From assembly GCA_019749945.1 (NCBI GenBank), contig JAIEPF010000019.1, forward strand, positions 5,747 to 69,746: DNA of 64,000 nt. Direction: 5' to 3'. Source of the DNA: Burkholderiales bacterium (GTDB lineage: Bacteria; Pseudomonadota; Gammaproteobacteria; Burkholderiales; SG8-41). Position 1 is the first letter of the stretch; every line of letters begins with the position of its first letter. The position numbers were made by a program, and so were the translations under genes. Shown here one piece after another: positions 9,512-20,141 of this stretch. The notes under the pieces were generated by a model. It saw nothing but the letters and a program-made list of their open reading frames with translations. It was not told the origin of the DNA and searched no databases.

Positions 9512-10795
9512 TCAGCGCGAACTGCCGGCACTGCGCCGGTTGCTGTCCGAACGGAAGCCGCCGCGACCGCGTGCATCACGCGAGGGCGGCGCGCCGCGGC
9601 GCGGTGCCGGGCGTCCGCCGCGTTTGGCGCCACCGCCGTCGCTGCGGATCGGGTTCTTGGCTTCAAAACCCGGCACGCTCCAGCGTTCGATGGCGCGGCC
9701 GATGTAATGCTCGATCTGTTTCAGCTGGCGCACGTCCTCCGACGACGCAAACGAAATCGCCGTGCCTGAGGCGCCGGCACGGCCGGTGCGGCCGATGCGG
9801 TGCACGTAATCCTCGGCCACTTTCGGCAGGTCGTAGTTGAACACATGCGAAATGCTGGCGACGTCGATGCCGCGCGCGGCGACGTCGGTGGCCACCAGCA
9901 CCTTGACCGCGCCGCTGCGCAGGCGCGCCAGCGTGCGGTTGCGTTGCGACTGGTTCATGTTGCCGTGCAGGGCGGCGGCTTCATGCCCGGCGTGGAACAG
10001 CTTGTCCGCCAGGCGATCCGCGCCGTGTTTGGTCGCGGTGAAAACAATCGACTGCGCCTGGCATTCGTCGGAACGCAGCACGTGGTCGAGCAGGCGGTGT
10101 TTGTGGCTGCCGTCGTCGACATAATGCAGGCGCTGCACGATGTTCTCGTGCTGCGTTTTGGGCGCGGACACCGCGATCAGCTTCGGATCGCGCAGCAGTT
10201 CACGGCCGAGTTTGGCGATGTTGCCGTCGAGGGTTGCCGAAAACAGCATGGTCTGGCGGCTGCCCGGGGTTTTTGAGGCAATGCGCTTGACCGGCTCGAT
10301 GAAGCCCATGTCGAGCATGCGATCGGCCTCGTCGAGGATCAGCAGTTCAAGGCGCGAAAAATCAACCTTGCCCTGGTCGATGAAGTCGATCAGGCGGCCG
10401 GGTGTCGCCACCAGCACGTCGAGCGATTGCTCGAGGAGCCGCCGCTGTTTCGGGTACGGCATGCCGCCGAGGATGGTGCCGGTGCGCATGTGGCGCAGGA
10501 ACTTGCAGTATTTGTCGACGGCATCGGTCACCTGCACCGCGAGTTCGCGGGTCGGCGTCAGCACCAGCACGCGCGGACCGCGGCCGTTTTTGACCGGCGC
10601 CAGCGCCAGGCGCTGCAGCGCGGGCAGCACGAAGGCTGCGGTTTTGCCGGTGCCGGTGGGAGCGGAGACCATCAGGTCAAAGCCGGTCAGCGCGGCCGGG
10701 ATCGCCTGCGCCTGCACGGGTGTGGGTTCGGTATAACCCGCGGCGGCCAGAGCCTGCACGAGGGCGGGATTCAGATTCAATGAAGCAAAAGACAT
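9512..10795 (-). CDS. rhlE: DEAD-box ATP-dependent RNA helicase (RhlE-like) with Arg/Gly-rich tail
   Basis: Q-motif, APTGTGKT, DEAD, SAT, HRIGRTGR. ATG at 10795 chosen because the longer ORF reads through a repeat element. Confidence 0.9.
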   Translation of the reverse strand: MSFASLNLNPALVQALAAAGYTEPTPVQAQAIPAALTGFDLMVSAPTGTGKTAAFVLPALQRLALAPVKNGRGPRVLVLTPTRELAVQVTDAVDKYCKFLRHMRTGTILGGMPYPKQRRLLEQSLDVLVATPGRLIDFIDQGKVDFSRLELLILDEADRMLDMGFIEPVKRIASKTPGSRQTMLFSATLDGNIAKLGRELLRDPKLIAVSAPKTQHENIVQRLHYVDDGSHKHRLLDHVLRSDECQAQSIVFTATKHGADRLADKLFHAGHEAAALHGNMNQSQRNRTLARLRSGAVKVLVATDVAARGIDVASISHVFNYDLPKVAEDYVHRIGRTGRAGASGTAISFASSEDVRQLKQIEHYIGRAIERWSVPGFEAKNPIRSDGGGAKRGGRPAPRRGAPPSRDARGRGGFRSDSNRRSAGSSR

Positions 10796-10836
10796 GAGTG
10801 TACTTTCAAAAAAACACAGCAATTGCAGAAAAGCGT

Positions 10837-10945
10837 AGCCACAGAGGTCACAGAGCACACAGAGAAAGGCACAGGTCAAAGGATCGCTGGCGCGGCCAAG
10901 CCGTCGCTGCGTTCTTCCTCTGTGAACTCTGTGACCTCTGTGGCC
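10837..10945. repeat. inverted-repeat element, family 1, second copy
   Basis: Same arms as 4506-4616 with a different core. Lies 5' of the helicase start. Confidence 0.8.
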
Positions 10946-11317
10946 AACAGCTTTTAAGCAGTAAAAACGCGCAGGAAATGCCACTGCTGCTCAGGCGAGC
11001 CTGCGACTTCAAGTCGCGGCTGCGGCCACCGGCGCACGGGTATCGTCGCTAACCGTGGCGGAAGCAGCTATTCAGAGAAGGGAGCTGAAAACGAAGGGGT
11101 CAGGGACAGATGCATCTTGCAACGCACAACGACTGAAACGTCGCTGCAAGGTGCCGGCACTATACCTGCAAGTATCGGAAATGGCGAGGTTTTTTGCCAT
11201 CCCCCCGAGGAAAAGCCTACATTCCGCCGGCCGCCATCTCGGGGAAAAGCCAAAAAATTCAAGGCAATAGCCGGGTGTGCGTGCTACAATCCGCCCCTTT
11301 TTTCAAGGCTCCATCCC

Positions 11318-13159
<1,842 letters not shown>

Positions 13160-13163
13160 GGCC

Positions 13164-13583
13164 ATGAGCAGTAAGGCGCCGGCAGACGACACGCCGTACC
13201 GCCTGCTCGGCGGCGACGCCGGTGTGCGCCGCCTCGTCGACCGCTTTTACGACCTGATGGACGAGGTGCCGGAATACCACGGCATCCGCAAGCTGCATCC
13301 GCAGGATCTCGCCGGCTCGCGCGAAAAGCTCTACCTCTTCCTCTCGGGCTGGCTCGGCGGCCCGCCGCTGTACGTCGAAAAATACGGCCATCCGATGCTG
13401 CGCGCCAGGCACCTGCCCTACGCCATCGGCGTCACCGAGCGCGATGCCTGGCTTGCCTGCATGCTGCAGGCGATGGAAGATACAAGTGTGGCGGAACCGC
13501 TGCGTGACGCGCTGCTCAAGGCCTTCTTCGGCACCGCCGACTGGATGCGCAACCGCGAGGAATCCCCTACTCCGCCCACCTGA
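13164..13583 (+). CDS. group 2 truncated haemoglobin
   Basis: 139 aa; ...FYDLM...H...LYLFLSGWLGGPPLY...GHPMLRARH... typical trHbO/YjbI pattern. Confidence 0.8.
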   Translation: MSSKAPADDTPYRLLGGDAGVRRLVDRFYDLMDEVPEYHGIRKLHPQDLAGSREKLYLFLSGWLGGPPLYVEKYGHPMLRARHLPYAIGVTERDAWLACMLQAMEDTSVAEPLRDALLKAFFGTADWMRNREESPTPPT

Positions 13584-13680
13584 AATCCGCCGATTGCGGA
13601 GCCCTCCCTCGCCGGATATACAAGCGCCGGCAAGTTCCATAAAATGGGCCACCACATACCAAAATCAATCGGAGGAGATC

Positions 13681-14670
13681 ATGTTGGAGAAAATGGAGAA
13701 GAACCGGAAGTTGCTGGTCTTGGGCCTGGCGGCGGCCACCGTTGCCGCGTTGCCTGGGCTGTCTGCGGCACAGGAAACCTGGCCGACCCGTGCCGTGCGC
13801 ATCATCAATCCCTTCCCCGCCGGCGGCGGCACCGACGCCTTCGCGCGGCCGCTGGCTGCGGTCATGCCCAAAGACCTCGGTCAGCAGGTGTTGATCGAAA
13901 ATCTCGGCGGCGCCGGCGGCACGCTCGGCGCCAACGTGGCGGCGCGCGCACCGGCGAACGGCTACACCTGGTTCATGGGCGCGGTGCACCACACCATCGC
14001 CGAAACGCTGTACACCAAGTTGAACTACAGCCTGGTCAAGGATTTCGTGCCGGTCACCCTTGCCGCCTCGGTACCCAGCGCGGTTGTGGTGCACCCGTCG
14101 GTTCCCGCCAAGACCATCAAGGAACTGATCGCGCTCGACAAACGCACACCCGGCCAGCTCAATTACGGTTCCGCCGGTTACGGCACCACGCATCACATGA
14201 ACGGCGAACTGTTCAACCTGATCACCGGCACCAAGCTGGTCCACGTGCCGTTCAAGGGCGCCGGTCCGCTGACCCCGGCGCTGCTCTCCGGCGAGGTCGC
14301 GATGGCCTTCGACGGCATGGGCACTGCGGCACCGAACATCAAGGTCGGCCGACTGCGTGCGCTGGCGGTCACCACGGCGAAACGTTCGGAACTGCTGCCC
14401 GAAATCCCCACGCTGCAGGAATCCGGCATCAACATGGACGTCACCACCTGGTATGCGCTGTGGGGCATCAGAGGCACGCCGCAGCCGATCGTCGACCGCA
14501 TGTACCAGTCCGTGTCCAAATCGCTGCAACTGCCCGAGGTCAGAAAGGTGTGGGCGAGCCTTGGCGCAACAGCGGGAGGACAGCCGCCGGCCGAGTTTGA
14601 CAAGTTCGTCAAACAGGAAATCGAAACCTGGGGCAAGGTCGTCAAGGCATCCGGTGCCAAAGTCGACTGA
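13681..14670 (+). CDS. Bug/TctC-family substrate-binding protein
   Basis: GGAGGAG RBS. Signal peptide, then WPTRAVRIINPFPAGGGTD. Confidence 0.9.
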   Translation: MLEKMEKNRKLLVLGLAAATVAALPGLSAAQETWPTRAVRIINPFPAGGGTDAFARPLAAVMPKDLGQQVLIENLGGAGGTLGANVAARAPANGYTWFMGAVHHTIAETLYTKLNYSLVKDFVPVTLAASVPSAVVVHPSVPAKTIKELIALDKRTPGQLNYGSAGYGTTHHMNGELFNLITGTKLVHVPFKGAGPLTPALLSGEVAMAFDGMGTAAPNIKVGRLRALAVTTAKRSELLPEIPTLQESGINMDVTTWYALWGIRGTPQPIVDRMYQSVSKSLQLPEVRKVWASLGATAGGQPPAEFDKFVKQEIETWGKVVKASGAKVD

Positions 14671-14698
14671 TATCGCCACCGTTCCGGCGGCGGGCAGC

Positions 14699-16036
14699 AT
14701 GATCGCCCGCCTCTGGCGCGGACTCGCCCAGCGCGGCCGCTCGCTGCGCGAGCGGCGCATCCAGCAATGGCTTGCCCAGGCGGCCGAAACCCTGCGCTCC
14801 GAACTGGGTGAGGCCTCGGGCGCCGCACTGGCGCGGCGCATCCTGGAGCGTTACGCGACGCTGCCACCCCAGGGCAAGCTCGATTTCCTGCTTGAACTCG
14901 CGACGCGGTTTTCAGTCGACGGCGCGCGGCTTGAAGCCGCGATCCGCCATTACACCGCGCATCCCGGCCCGGCGGCCGCCCGGCAATTGCATGCCGCGGC
15001 CGAGTCCCGCCGCCAGGAAGTGCTGCGCCGGCTCAATTTTGCACCCAGCGGCACCGCCGGCCTGCTGCGCATGCGCGAAGACGTGCTCGAACTGCTGCGC
15101 GAATACCCGGTGCTCAGTGAAGTCGATGCCGACTTCGAGCACCTGTTCCATTCCTGGTTCAACCGCGGCTTCCTGCAACTGCGCCCGATCGACTGGCACA
15201 CGCCGGCGGTGGTGCTGGAAAAAATCATCCGCTACGAAGCCGTGCATGAAATCTCCGGCTGGAGCGATCTCAGGCGGCGTCTCGATCCGCCGGACCGCAA
15301 ATGTTTCGCATTTTTCCATCCGACGCTGGCCGATGACCCGCTGATTTTTGTCGAAGTCGCGCTGACCGTGGACATCCCGGATGCGATCGCGCCGCTGCTC
15401 GCCGACGGACGCCCGCCGCTCGACATCAAATCGGCGCGCACCGCGGTTTTTTATTCGATCTCGAACTGCCAGAAGGCGCTGAAGGGCGTGTCCTTCGGCA
15501 ACTTCCTGATCAAGCAGGTCGCCGCCGACCTGAAACGCAACTTCCCGCAGTTGCGCAATTTCGTCACGCTGTCTCCGGTGCCTGGCTTCGTGGCCTGGCT
15601 GAAAAACACGCACCCTGGCGCGTCCGAACTGCAGCAGATTCTGCAGCCCGGATGGCAGGCCGACCCGGCAGCCGCGGCCGAACTGCGTCCACGCCTGCAG
15701 AATCTGCTGGCGACCTACCTGTTCGAAGCCAAAAATGCCGCGGGCCGGCCGGCGGATCCGGTCGCGCGCTTCCACCTCGGCAACGGCGCCTGCATCGAAC
15801 ATGTGCGCTGGCTGGGGGACGTTTCTGAGAAGGGTCTGCGCAACGGCGCCGGCTTCATGGTCAATTACCTCTACGACCTCGACAACATCGAGGCCAACCA
15901 CGAAGCGCACATCAACCACGGCACCATTTTTGCGTCGCGCCAGGTGCGCGCGCTGCGCCCCGAAGGAAGTCACCTTGGGTGGCGCCCTGAAAGAAGTCCC
16001 CTTGGGGGGCGCCCGGAAAAAAATTCCCCCGGCTGA
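14699..16036 (+). CDS. malonyl-CoA decarboxylase
   Basis: FFHPTLADDPLIFVEVAL, FYSISNCQKALKGVSFGNFLIKQV, LSPVPGF motifs of the MCD family. Confidence 0.85.
   Translation: MIARLWRGLAQRGRSLRERRIQQWLAQAAETLRSELGEASGAALARRILERYATLPPQGKLDFLLELATRFSVDGARLEAAIRHYTAHPGPAAARQLHAAAESRRQEVLRRLNFAPSGTAGLLRMREDVLELLREYPVLSEVDADFEHLFHSWFNRGFLQLRPIDWHTPAVVLEKIIRYEAVHEISGWSDLRRRLDPPDRKCFAFFHPTLADDPLIFVEVALTVDIPDAIAPLLADGRPPLDIKSARTAVFYSISNCQKALKGVSFGNFLIKQVAADLKRNFPQLRNFVTLSPVPGFVAWLKNTHPGASELQQILQPGWQADPAAAAELRPRLQNLLATYLFEAKNAAGRPADPVARFHLGNGACIEHVRWLGDVSEKGLRNGAGFMVNYLYDLDNIEANHEAHINHGTIFASRQVRALRPEGSHLGWRPERSPLGGRPEKNSPG
15955..16032. repeat. three degenerate ~27-bp tandem units inside the 3' end of the MCD gene
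   Basis: gcgccccgaaggaagtcaccttgggtg / gcgccctgaaagaagtccccttgggggg / cgcccggaaaaaaattcccccgg. Confidence 0.6.
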
Positions 16037-16053
16037 TCAGCCGCGGTTTCCCG

Positions 16054-16488
16054 TCAGCGTTTATTCCCGAGCAGGGTGTGGCGGCATTTGCGCGCGCCGC
16101 AATGGCAGGGATGTTCGCGTTTCTGTTTCGCCGTGTGCCGCTCTTCCAGCACCAGGTTGTAGTCGTACGACAATTCCTGGCCCGGCTTGATGGAACGAAT
16201 GGCATCGATGAACACCCGGCCGTCTTCCTCGTTGGCTTCGCAGTTCGGCGCGCAAGAATGATTGATCCAGCGCGCCGGCCCGCCGCGTCTGGTGGCGTCG
16301 ATCACCACCTTGTCGTTGGCCGCGAACAACATGGTGCGCGAAGAACCGTCATGCAGATCGCCGTAAAGCCGGTCCGCTTTCGCGTGCGACATGCGCTCGC
16401 CGGTGTATTCGAGGATTCGCGTGCCCTTGGCAATCGCAGACACTGCAAATACGCCGCGGCCGTGGATCGGCGAATTGCGCACGACCAC
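16054..16488 (-). CDS. SET-domain protein (lysine methyltransferase fold)
   Basis: VRNSPIHGRGVFA, WINHSCAPNC, ELSYDY, C-terminal CxC...C post-SET. Only a GTG start is available in this frame (see finding). Confidence 0.8.
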   Translation of the reverse strand: MVVRNSPIHGRGVFAVSAIAKGTRILEYTGERMSHAKADRLYGDLHDGSSRTMLFAANDKVVIDATRRGGPARWINHSCAPNCEANEEDGRVFIDAIRSIKPGQELSYDYNLVLEERHTAKQKREHPCHCGARKCRHTLLGNKR

Positions 16489-16534
16489 CTTCGGCGCGGC
16501 CTTTTTGACCGCCGTTTTTTGGGCGGCGGCTTTC

Positions 16535-16575
16535 TTGATTAACTTATTGTTTTTTAACGTTTTTTACTTTTTTTA
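16535..16575 (+). repeat. possible degenerate copy (I) of the AT-rich element, overlapping a Lys-rich coding tract
   Basis: ttgattaacttattgttttttaacgtttttta resembles the TAAGCTATTGTTTTTATTAT consensus. It could equally be AAA/AAG codon bias. Confidence 0.3.
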
Positions 16576-16609
16576 CGGGTGCTGCTGCGGGTCTTGTTCT
16601 TGGCTGGAG

Positions 16610-18361
16610 TCATCGCTTGCGGGGAACCTGTGTGGTGATTTCGGGTTGCAAAAAGGTGAAGTCGCAGCCCTCGTCGGCCTGCGTGATCTGGTCCATGAAC
16701 AGTTTGCGATAACCGCGGCCGTCGTCCTTGCGCGCCGGCGGCGCCTTCCAGCGTTTGCGCCGCACGGCGAGTTCGGCATCACTGACCAGGAGCTCGAGTC
16801 TGCGTGCCGGCACATCGAGCCGGATGCGGTCGCCGTTCTGCACCAGCCCCAGCGTGCCGCCCAGTGCCGACTCCGGCGTTACATGCAGCACGATGGCGCC
16901 GAACGCGGTGCCGCTCATGCGCGCATCGGAAATCCGCACCATGTCCTTGACGCCCTTCGCCGCGAGTTTTTTCGGTATCGGCAGATAACCCGCCTCCGGC
17001 ATGCCCGGTGCGCCCTTCGGTCCGGCATTTTTCAGCACCAATATGTCATTCGCGTTAACGTCGAGTTTGGGATCATCGACGCGGTTCGCCATGTCTTGCA
17101 GCGATTCGAACACCACCGCGCGGCCTTCATGGCGCGTGAGTTTCGGATCCATCGCCGCCTGCTTGATGATCGCACCGCCCGGCGCCAGATTGCCGCGCAG
17201 CACCGCGATGCTGCCGCCGGCAAACACCGGATCCTTGAATTTGCGCACCACCTTCTGATCCCAGGCCGGCGGTGCTTCGGCCAGATCTTCGCCCAGGGTT
17301 TTGCCGGTGACGGTCAGTGCCTTCAGATTCAGCTGGTGCTTCAGTTCGCGCAGGATCGCGGCCAAACCACCGGCTTTGTATAAATCCTCCATATAACCCT
17401 GGCCGGTCGGCTTCAGATCGACCAGCACCGGCGTCTCCCGCCCCATCCTGTCGAAGGCGTCGAGATCGAGCTTGATACCGAGGCGCCCCGCCATGGCCGT
17501 CAGGTGCACGATGGCATTGGTCGAGCCGCCGACCGCAAACAACACGCGCAGCGCGTTCTCGAAGGCCTCGACCGTCATGATCCTGTCTGGCGTCAGTTTT
17601 TCCCTGGCCATCGCCACGGCACGCGCGCCGCTGGCTTCGGCCTGGCGCAGGCGGTCGGCCATCACCGCCGGCACGCAGGAACCGCCGGGCAGCATCATGC
17701 CCATCGCCTCGGTGCACAATGCCATCGTGCTCGCCGTGCCCATCACCATGCAGGTGCCGGCCGACGGCGCCAGCTTGTTGTTGATCTCGCCGATTTCCTG
17801 CTCGGAAATCTCGGTCGCACGGTATTTGCCCCAGAAGCGGCGGCAATCGGTGCAGGCCCCCAGGCGCTCGCCCTTGTGGTCGCCGGTGATCATCGGGCCG
17901 GTCACCAGCATGATCGACGGCACGTTGGCGCTGGCCGCACCCATCAGCAGCGCTGGTACCGTCTTGTCGCAGCCGCCGATCAGCACCACCGAATCCACCG
18001 GCTGGCCGCGCATCATCTCCTCGGTGTCCACCGACATCAGATTGCGCAGGTACATGCTGGTCGGATAGGCAAACGATTCATGCAACGTGATCACCGGGAA
18101 TTCCACCGGCAGGCCGCCGGCGAGCATCACGCCGCGTTTAACCGCCTCGATCAGATCCGGCACATTGCGGTGGCAGGCGTTGAATCCGCTGAAGGTATTG
18201 GTGATGCCGACGATGGGCCGGTCCAGCGCGTCATCGGTATACCCCATCGCCTTGATGAAGGCCTTGCGCAGGAACAGCGAAAACCCCTCGTCGCCGTAGG
18301 CGGTGAGGCCCTTGCGCATGCCGGTTTTGCGGGGAGCGCTTTTCGGTTTCTTTGCAGCCAT
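16610..18361 (-). CDS. IlvD/Edd-family dehydratase (sugar-acid/dihydroxy-acid dehydratase)
   Basis: 583 aa, ...GITNTFSGFNACH..., CDKTVPALLMG, full-length family similarity. ATG at 18361. Confidence 0.85.
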   Translation of the reverse strand: MAAKKPKSAPRKTGMRKGLTAYGDEGFSLFLRKAFIKAMGYTDDALDRPIVGITNTFSGFNACHRNVPDLIEAVKRGVMLAGGLPVEFPVITLHESFAYPTSMYLRNLMSVDTEEMMRGQPVDSVVLIGGCDKTVPALLMGAASANVPSIMLVTGPMITGDHKGERLGACTDCRRFWGKYRATEISEQEIGEINNKLAPSAGTCMVMGTASTMALCTEAMGMMLPGGSCVPAVMADRLRQAEASGARAVAMAREKLTPDRIMTVEAFENALRVLFAVGGSTNAIVHLTAMAGRLGIKLDLDAFDRMGRETPVLVDLKPTGQGYMEDLYKAGGLAAILRELKHQLNLKALTVTGKTLGEDLAEAPPAWDQKVVRKFKDPVFAGGSIAVLRGNLAPGGAIIKQAAMDPKLTRHEGRAVVFESLQDMANRVDDPKLDVNANDILVLKNAGPKGAPGMPEAGYLPIPKKLAAKGVKDMVRISDARMSGTAFGAIVLHVTPESALGGTLGLVQNGDRIRLDVPARRLELLVSDAELAVRRKRWKAPPARKDDGRGYRKLFMDQITQADEGCDFTFLQPEITTQVPRKR

Positions 18362-18508
18362 GGGAGGTTGGTCAAATCGGGAGTAAAAATCAGGAACGCA
18401 CGATAGCTGAAGGGCCTGACCGAGGCAAGGCACACTGCATTAACCTGTAAGCGAGTCAGGCCTGTGCTAGCATCATTTTCGCTACCGGAGCCGGGATCCC
18501 CATACCGA

Positions 18509-19180
18509 ATGGCAACAACGCCCCTTACAGCGCAGAACCCGTGGCCCCCGGAACGGGTTCAGGAACAGACGCGGCGCTTTTACGAGATCTACACCCGTGA
18601 TGCCGCCGCGATACGCGCCCGGCACGCCGCGCAGACCACGGCGGAGGCCGCAGCATTGCGGCACAAGTACCTGCAGCCGGTGTTCGGCGAAATCCCCACC
18701 TGGTCGCTGTTCGAAATGATGGCGCGGGTGATCGATCCCGCCGACGACCGCCTGTATTGCACCAGCCAGGAAATCCACATGCTGCAGGTCATCGAGGCGA
18801 TGGCGGCGGACGGCATGGCCGGCGAGGAGTTCGTGCTGGCGGCACTGGTGCATGACCTCGGCAAGGTCTGCATGTTGAAAGGCGAACCCGCCGAAAACGT
18901 GACTTACATGAACAGCCTGCTCGCTACCGGCGCACCCGGCGCCGGGCTCGACCAGTGCACGCTGCAATGGAGCTGTGACGACCTCGCCTGGTCTCGGCTC
19001 AAAAACCACCTGCCGCCGGCCATCGCCTGGCTGGTGCGTTACCACGGCATCACGCCCGCGGACTGCGAGCCGTACATGAATGCGCAGGACCGCGATTACA
19101 CCGAACGTTATCTGACACCGTTCCGGGTGTACGACCTGCAGAGCAAATCACCGTTTGCGCGGCCGCGCTGCCGGATCTAG
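18509..19180 (+). CDS. MIOX-like HD-domain di-iron oxygenase (myo-inositol oxygenase superfamily); reading frame continues past an in-frame TAG to 19231
   Basis: LVHDLGK, LPPAIAWLVRYH, YDLQSKS align with MIOX landmarks. The conserved tail IDKYLPPRIVF lies after the TAG at 19178-19180. Confidence 0.65.
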   Translation: MATTPLTAQNPWPPERVQEQTRRFYEIYTRDAAAIRARHAAQTTAEAAALRHKYLQPVFGEIPTWSLFEMMARVIDPADDRLYCTSQEIHMLQVIEAMAADGMAGEEFVLAALVHDLGKVCMLKGEPAENVTYMNSLLATGAPGAGLDQCTLQWSCDDLAWSRLKNHLPPAIAWLVRYHGITPADCEPYMNAQDRDYTERYLTPFRVYDLQSKSPFARPRCRI

Positions 19181-19233
19181 GATTTCCGGCCCATCATCGA
19201 CAAATACCTGCCGCCGCGCATCGTGTTCTGAAA

Positions 19234-20022
19234 TCAGGCTCCGCGAAACACCGGCGGCCGTTTTTCGATGAAGGCGCGCAGCGCTTCTTTTGTGTCCTCG
19301 GTACCGCGCAGTTTGTTGTTCATGTTGTTCTGCATCTCCAGATGCTGCTCCACGCCCTGGTCGAATGCGCGGCGCAATGCCAGCTTGGTCATGCGCACCG
19401 CCAGCGGCGCCTTGCTGTTGATCTTGGCCGCCAGCGCCAGCGCTTCCGCCATCAGTTTTTCGTGCGGCACCACCTTGTTGACCAGCCCCCAGGCCTTGGC
19501 CTGCGCGGCATCAAAGGGTTCGCCCAGCAGGCAAATTTCGGCGGCCGCGGCATGGCCGACCAGCCGCGGCAGATACCAGCTCGAGGTTTCCCCCATCAGC
19601 CCGCGCTCGACAAAATTGACGCCAAAGTTGGCCTGCTCGCTGGCAATGCGGAAATCGGCGGCAAACGCCATGTTGCAGCCGGCGCCGCGGGTCACGCCGT
19701 TGACCGCGGCGATCACCGGCTTGGTGATTTCGCTGAAGGCGATGGCGTAGTAATACCGGGGCTCGAACAGCGGCTGCGGCGCAGTGCCACCGCCGCCGGC
19801 TTTCTCGGCCTCCGCGCGCGCCTTCAAGTCCGCACCGGAACAGAAACCGCGGCCGTTGCCGGTGACGATGATGGTCCACACCTCGGGATCGGCTTCCGCG
19901 GCGCGCATGACTTCCTCAAACTCGCGGCGCATCACGTTGTCGATGGCGTTGAGCCGTTCCGGACGGTTGAGCGTCAATATGCCGGTATGGTCGCGGATTT
20001 CCCACTGGATGGTCTGGTACAT
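19234..20022 (-). CDS. enoyl-CoA hydratase/isomerase (crotonase) family protein
   Basis: [40 protein letters not shown]. Confidence 0.9.
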   Translation of the reverse strand: MYQTIQWEIRDHTGILTLNRPERLNAIDNVMRREFEEVMRAAEADPEVWTIIVTGNGRGFCSGADLKARAEAEKAGGGGTAPQPLFEPRYYYAIAFSEITKPVIAAVNGVTRGAGCNMAFAADFRIASEQANFGVNFVERGLMGETSSWYLPRLVGHAAAAEICLLGEPFDAAQAKAWGLVNKVVPHEKLMAEALALAAKINSKAPLAVRMTKLALRRAFDQGVEQHLEMQNNMNNKLRGTEDTKEALRAFIEKRPPVFRGA

Positions 20023-20141
20023 GGCGGCGCCTTTCTGTATCGTGGAGTGCCGGCACCATACCGGTGGCAAGCCGGGTGCGCAACCCGGCACGGCGTATAC
20101 TGATCGACCACCGATCCAATTCGCAGCATGAAAGGGCAGCA

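Noticed and set aside
9512-10984. N-terminal extensions of track ORFs: helicase to 10984, typA from 11117, sulfatase from 27500, Bug genes from 13444, 26341, 52071 and 53060, and MCD from 14357.
   Set aside because: The extensions read through repeat elements or the 3' end of the preceding gene. They lack an RBS. They are replaced by internal starts that have a Shine-Dalgarno sequence and the expected family N-terminus or signal peptide.
10985-11317. The ~330-nt non-coding stretch between the helicase repeat element and typA as an sRNA or riboswitch.
   Set aside because: It contains hairpins and a TACAAT-like -10, but there is no terminator and no recognisable RNA family. It is more simply explained as divergent promoter and long 5' UTR space.
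20023-20141. A cobalamin riboswitch or NrdR boxes upstream of nrdJ.
   Set aside because: The leader is only ~120 nt, too short for a B12 element. I could not see an acaCwAtATaTwgtgt-type NrdR box by eye. Not excluded, but unsupported.
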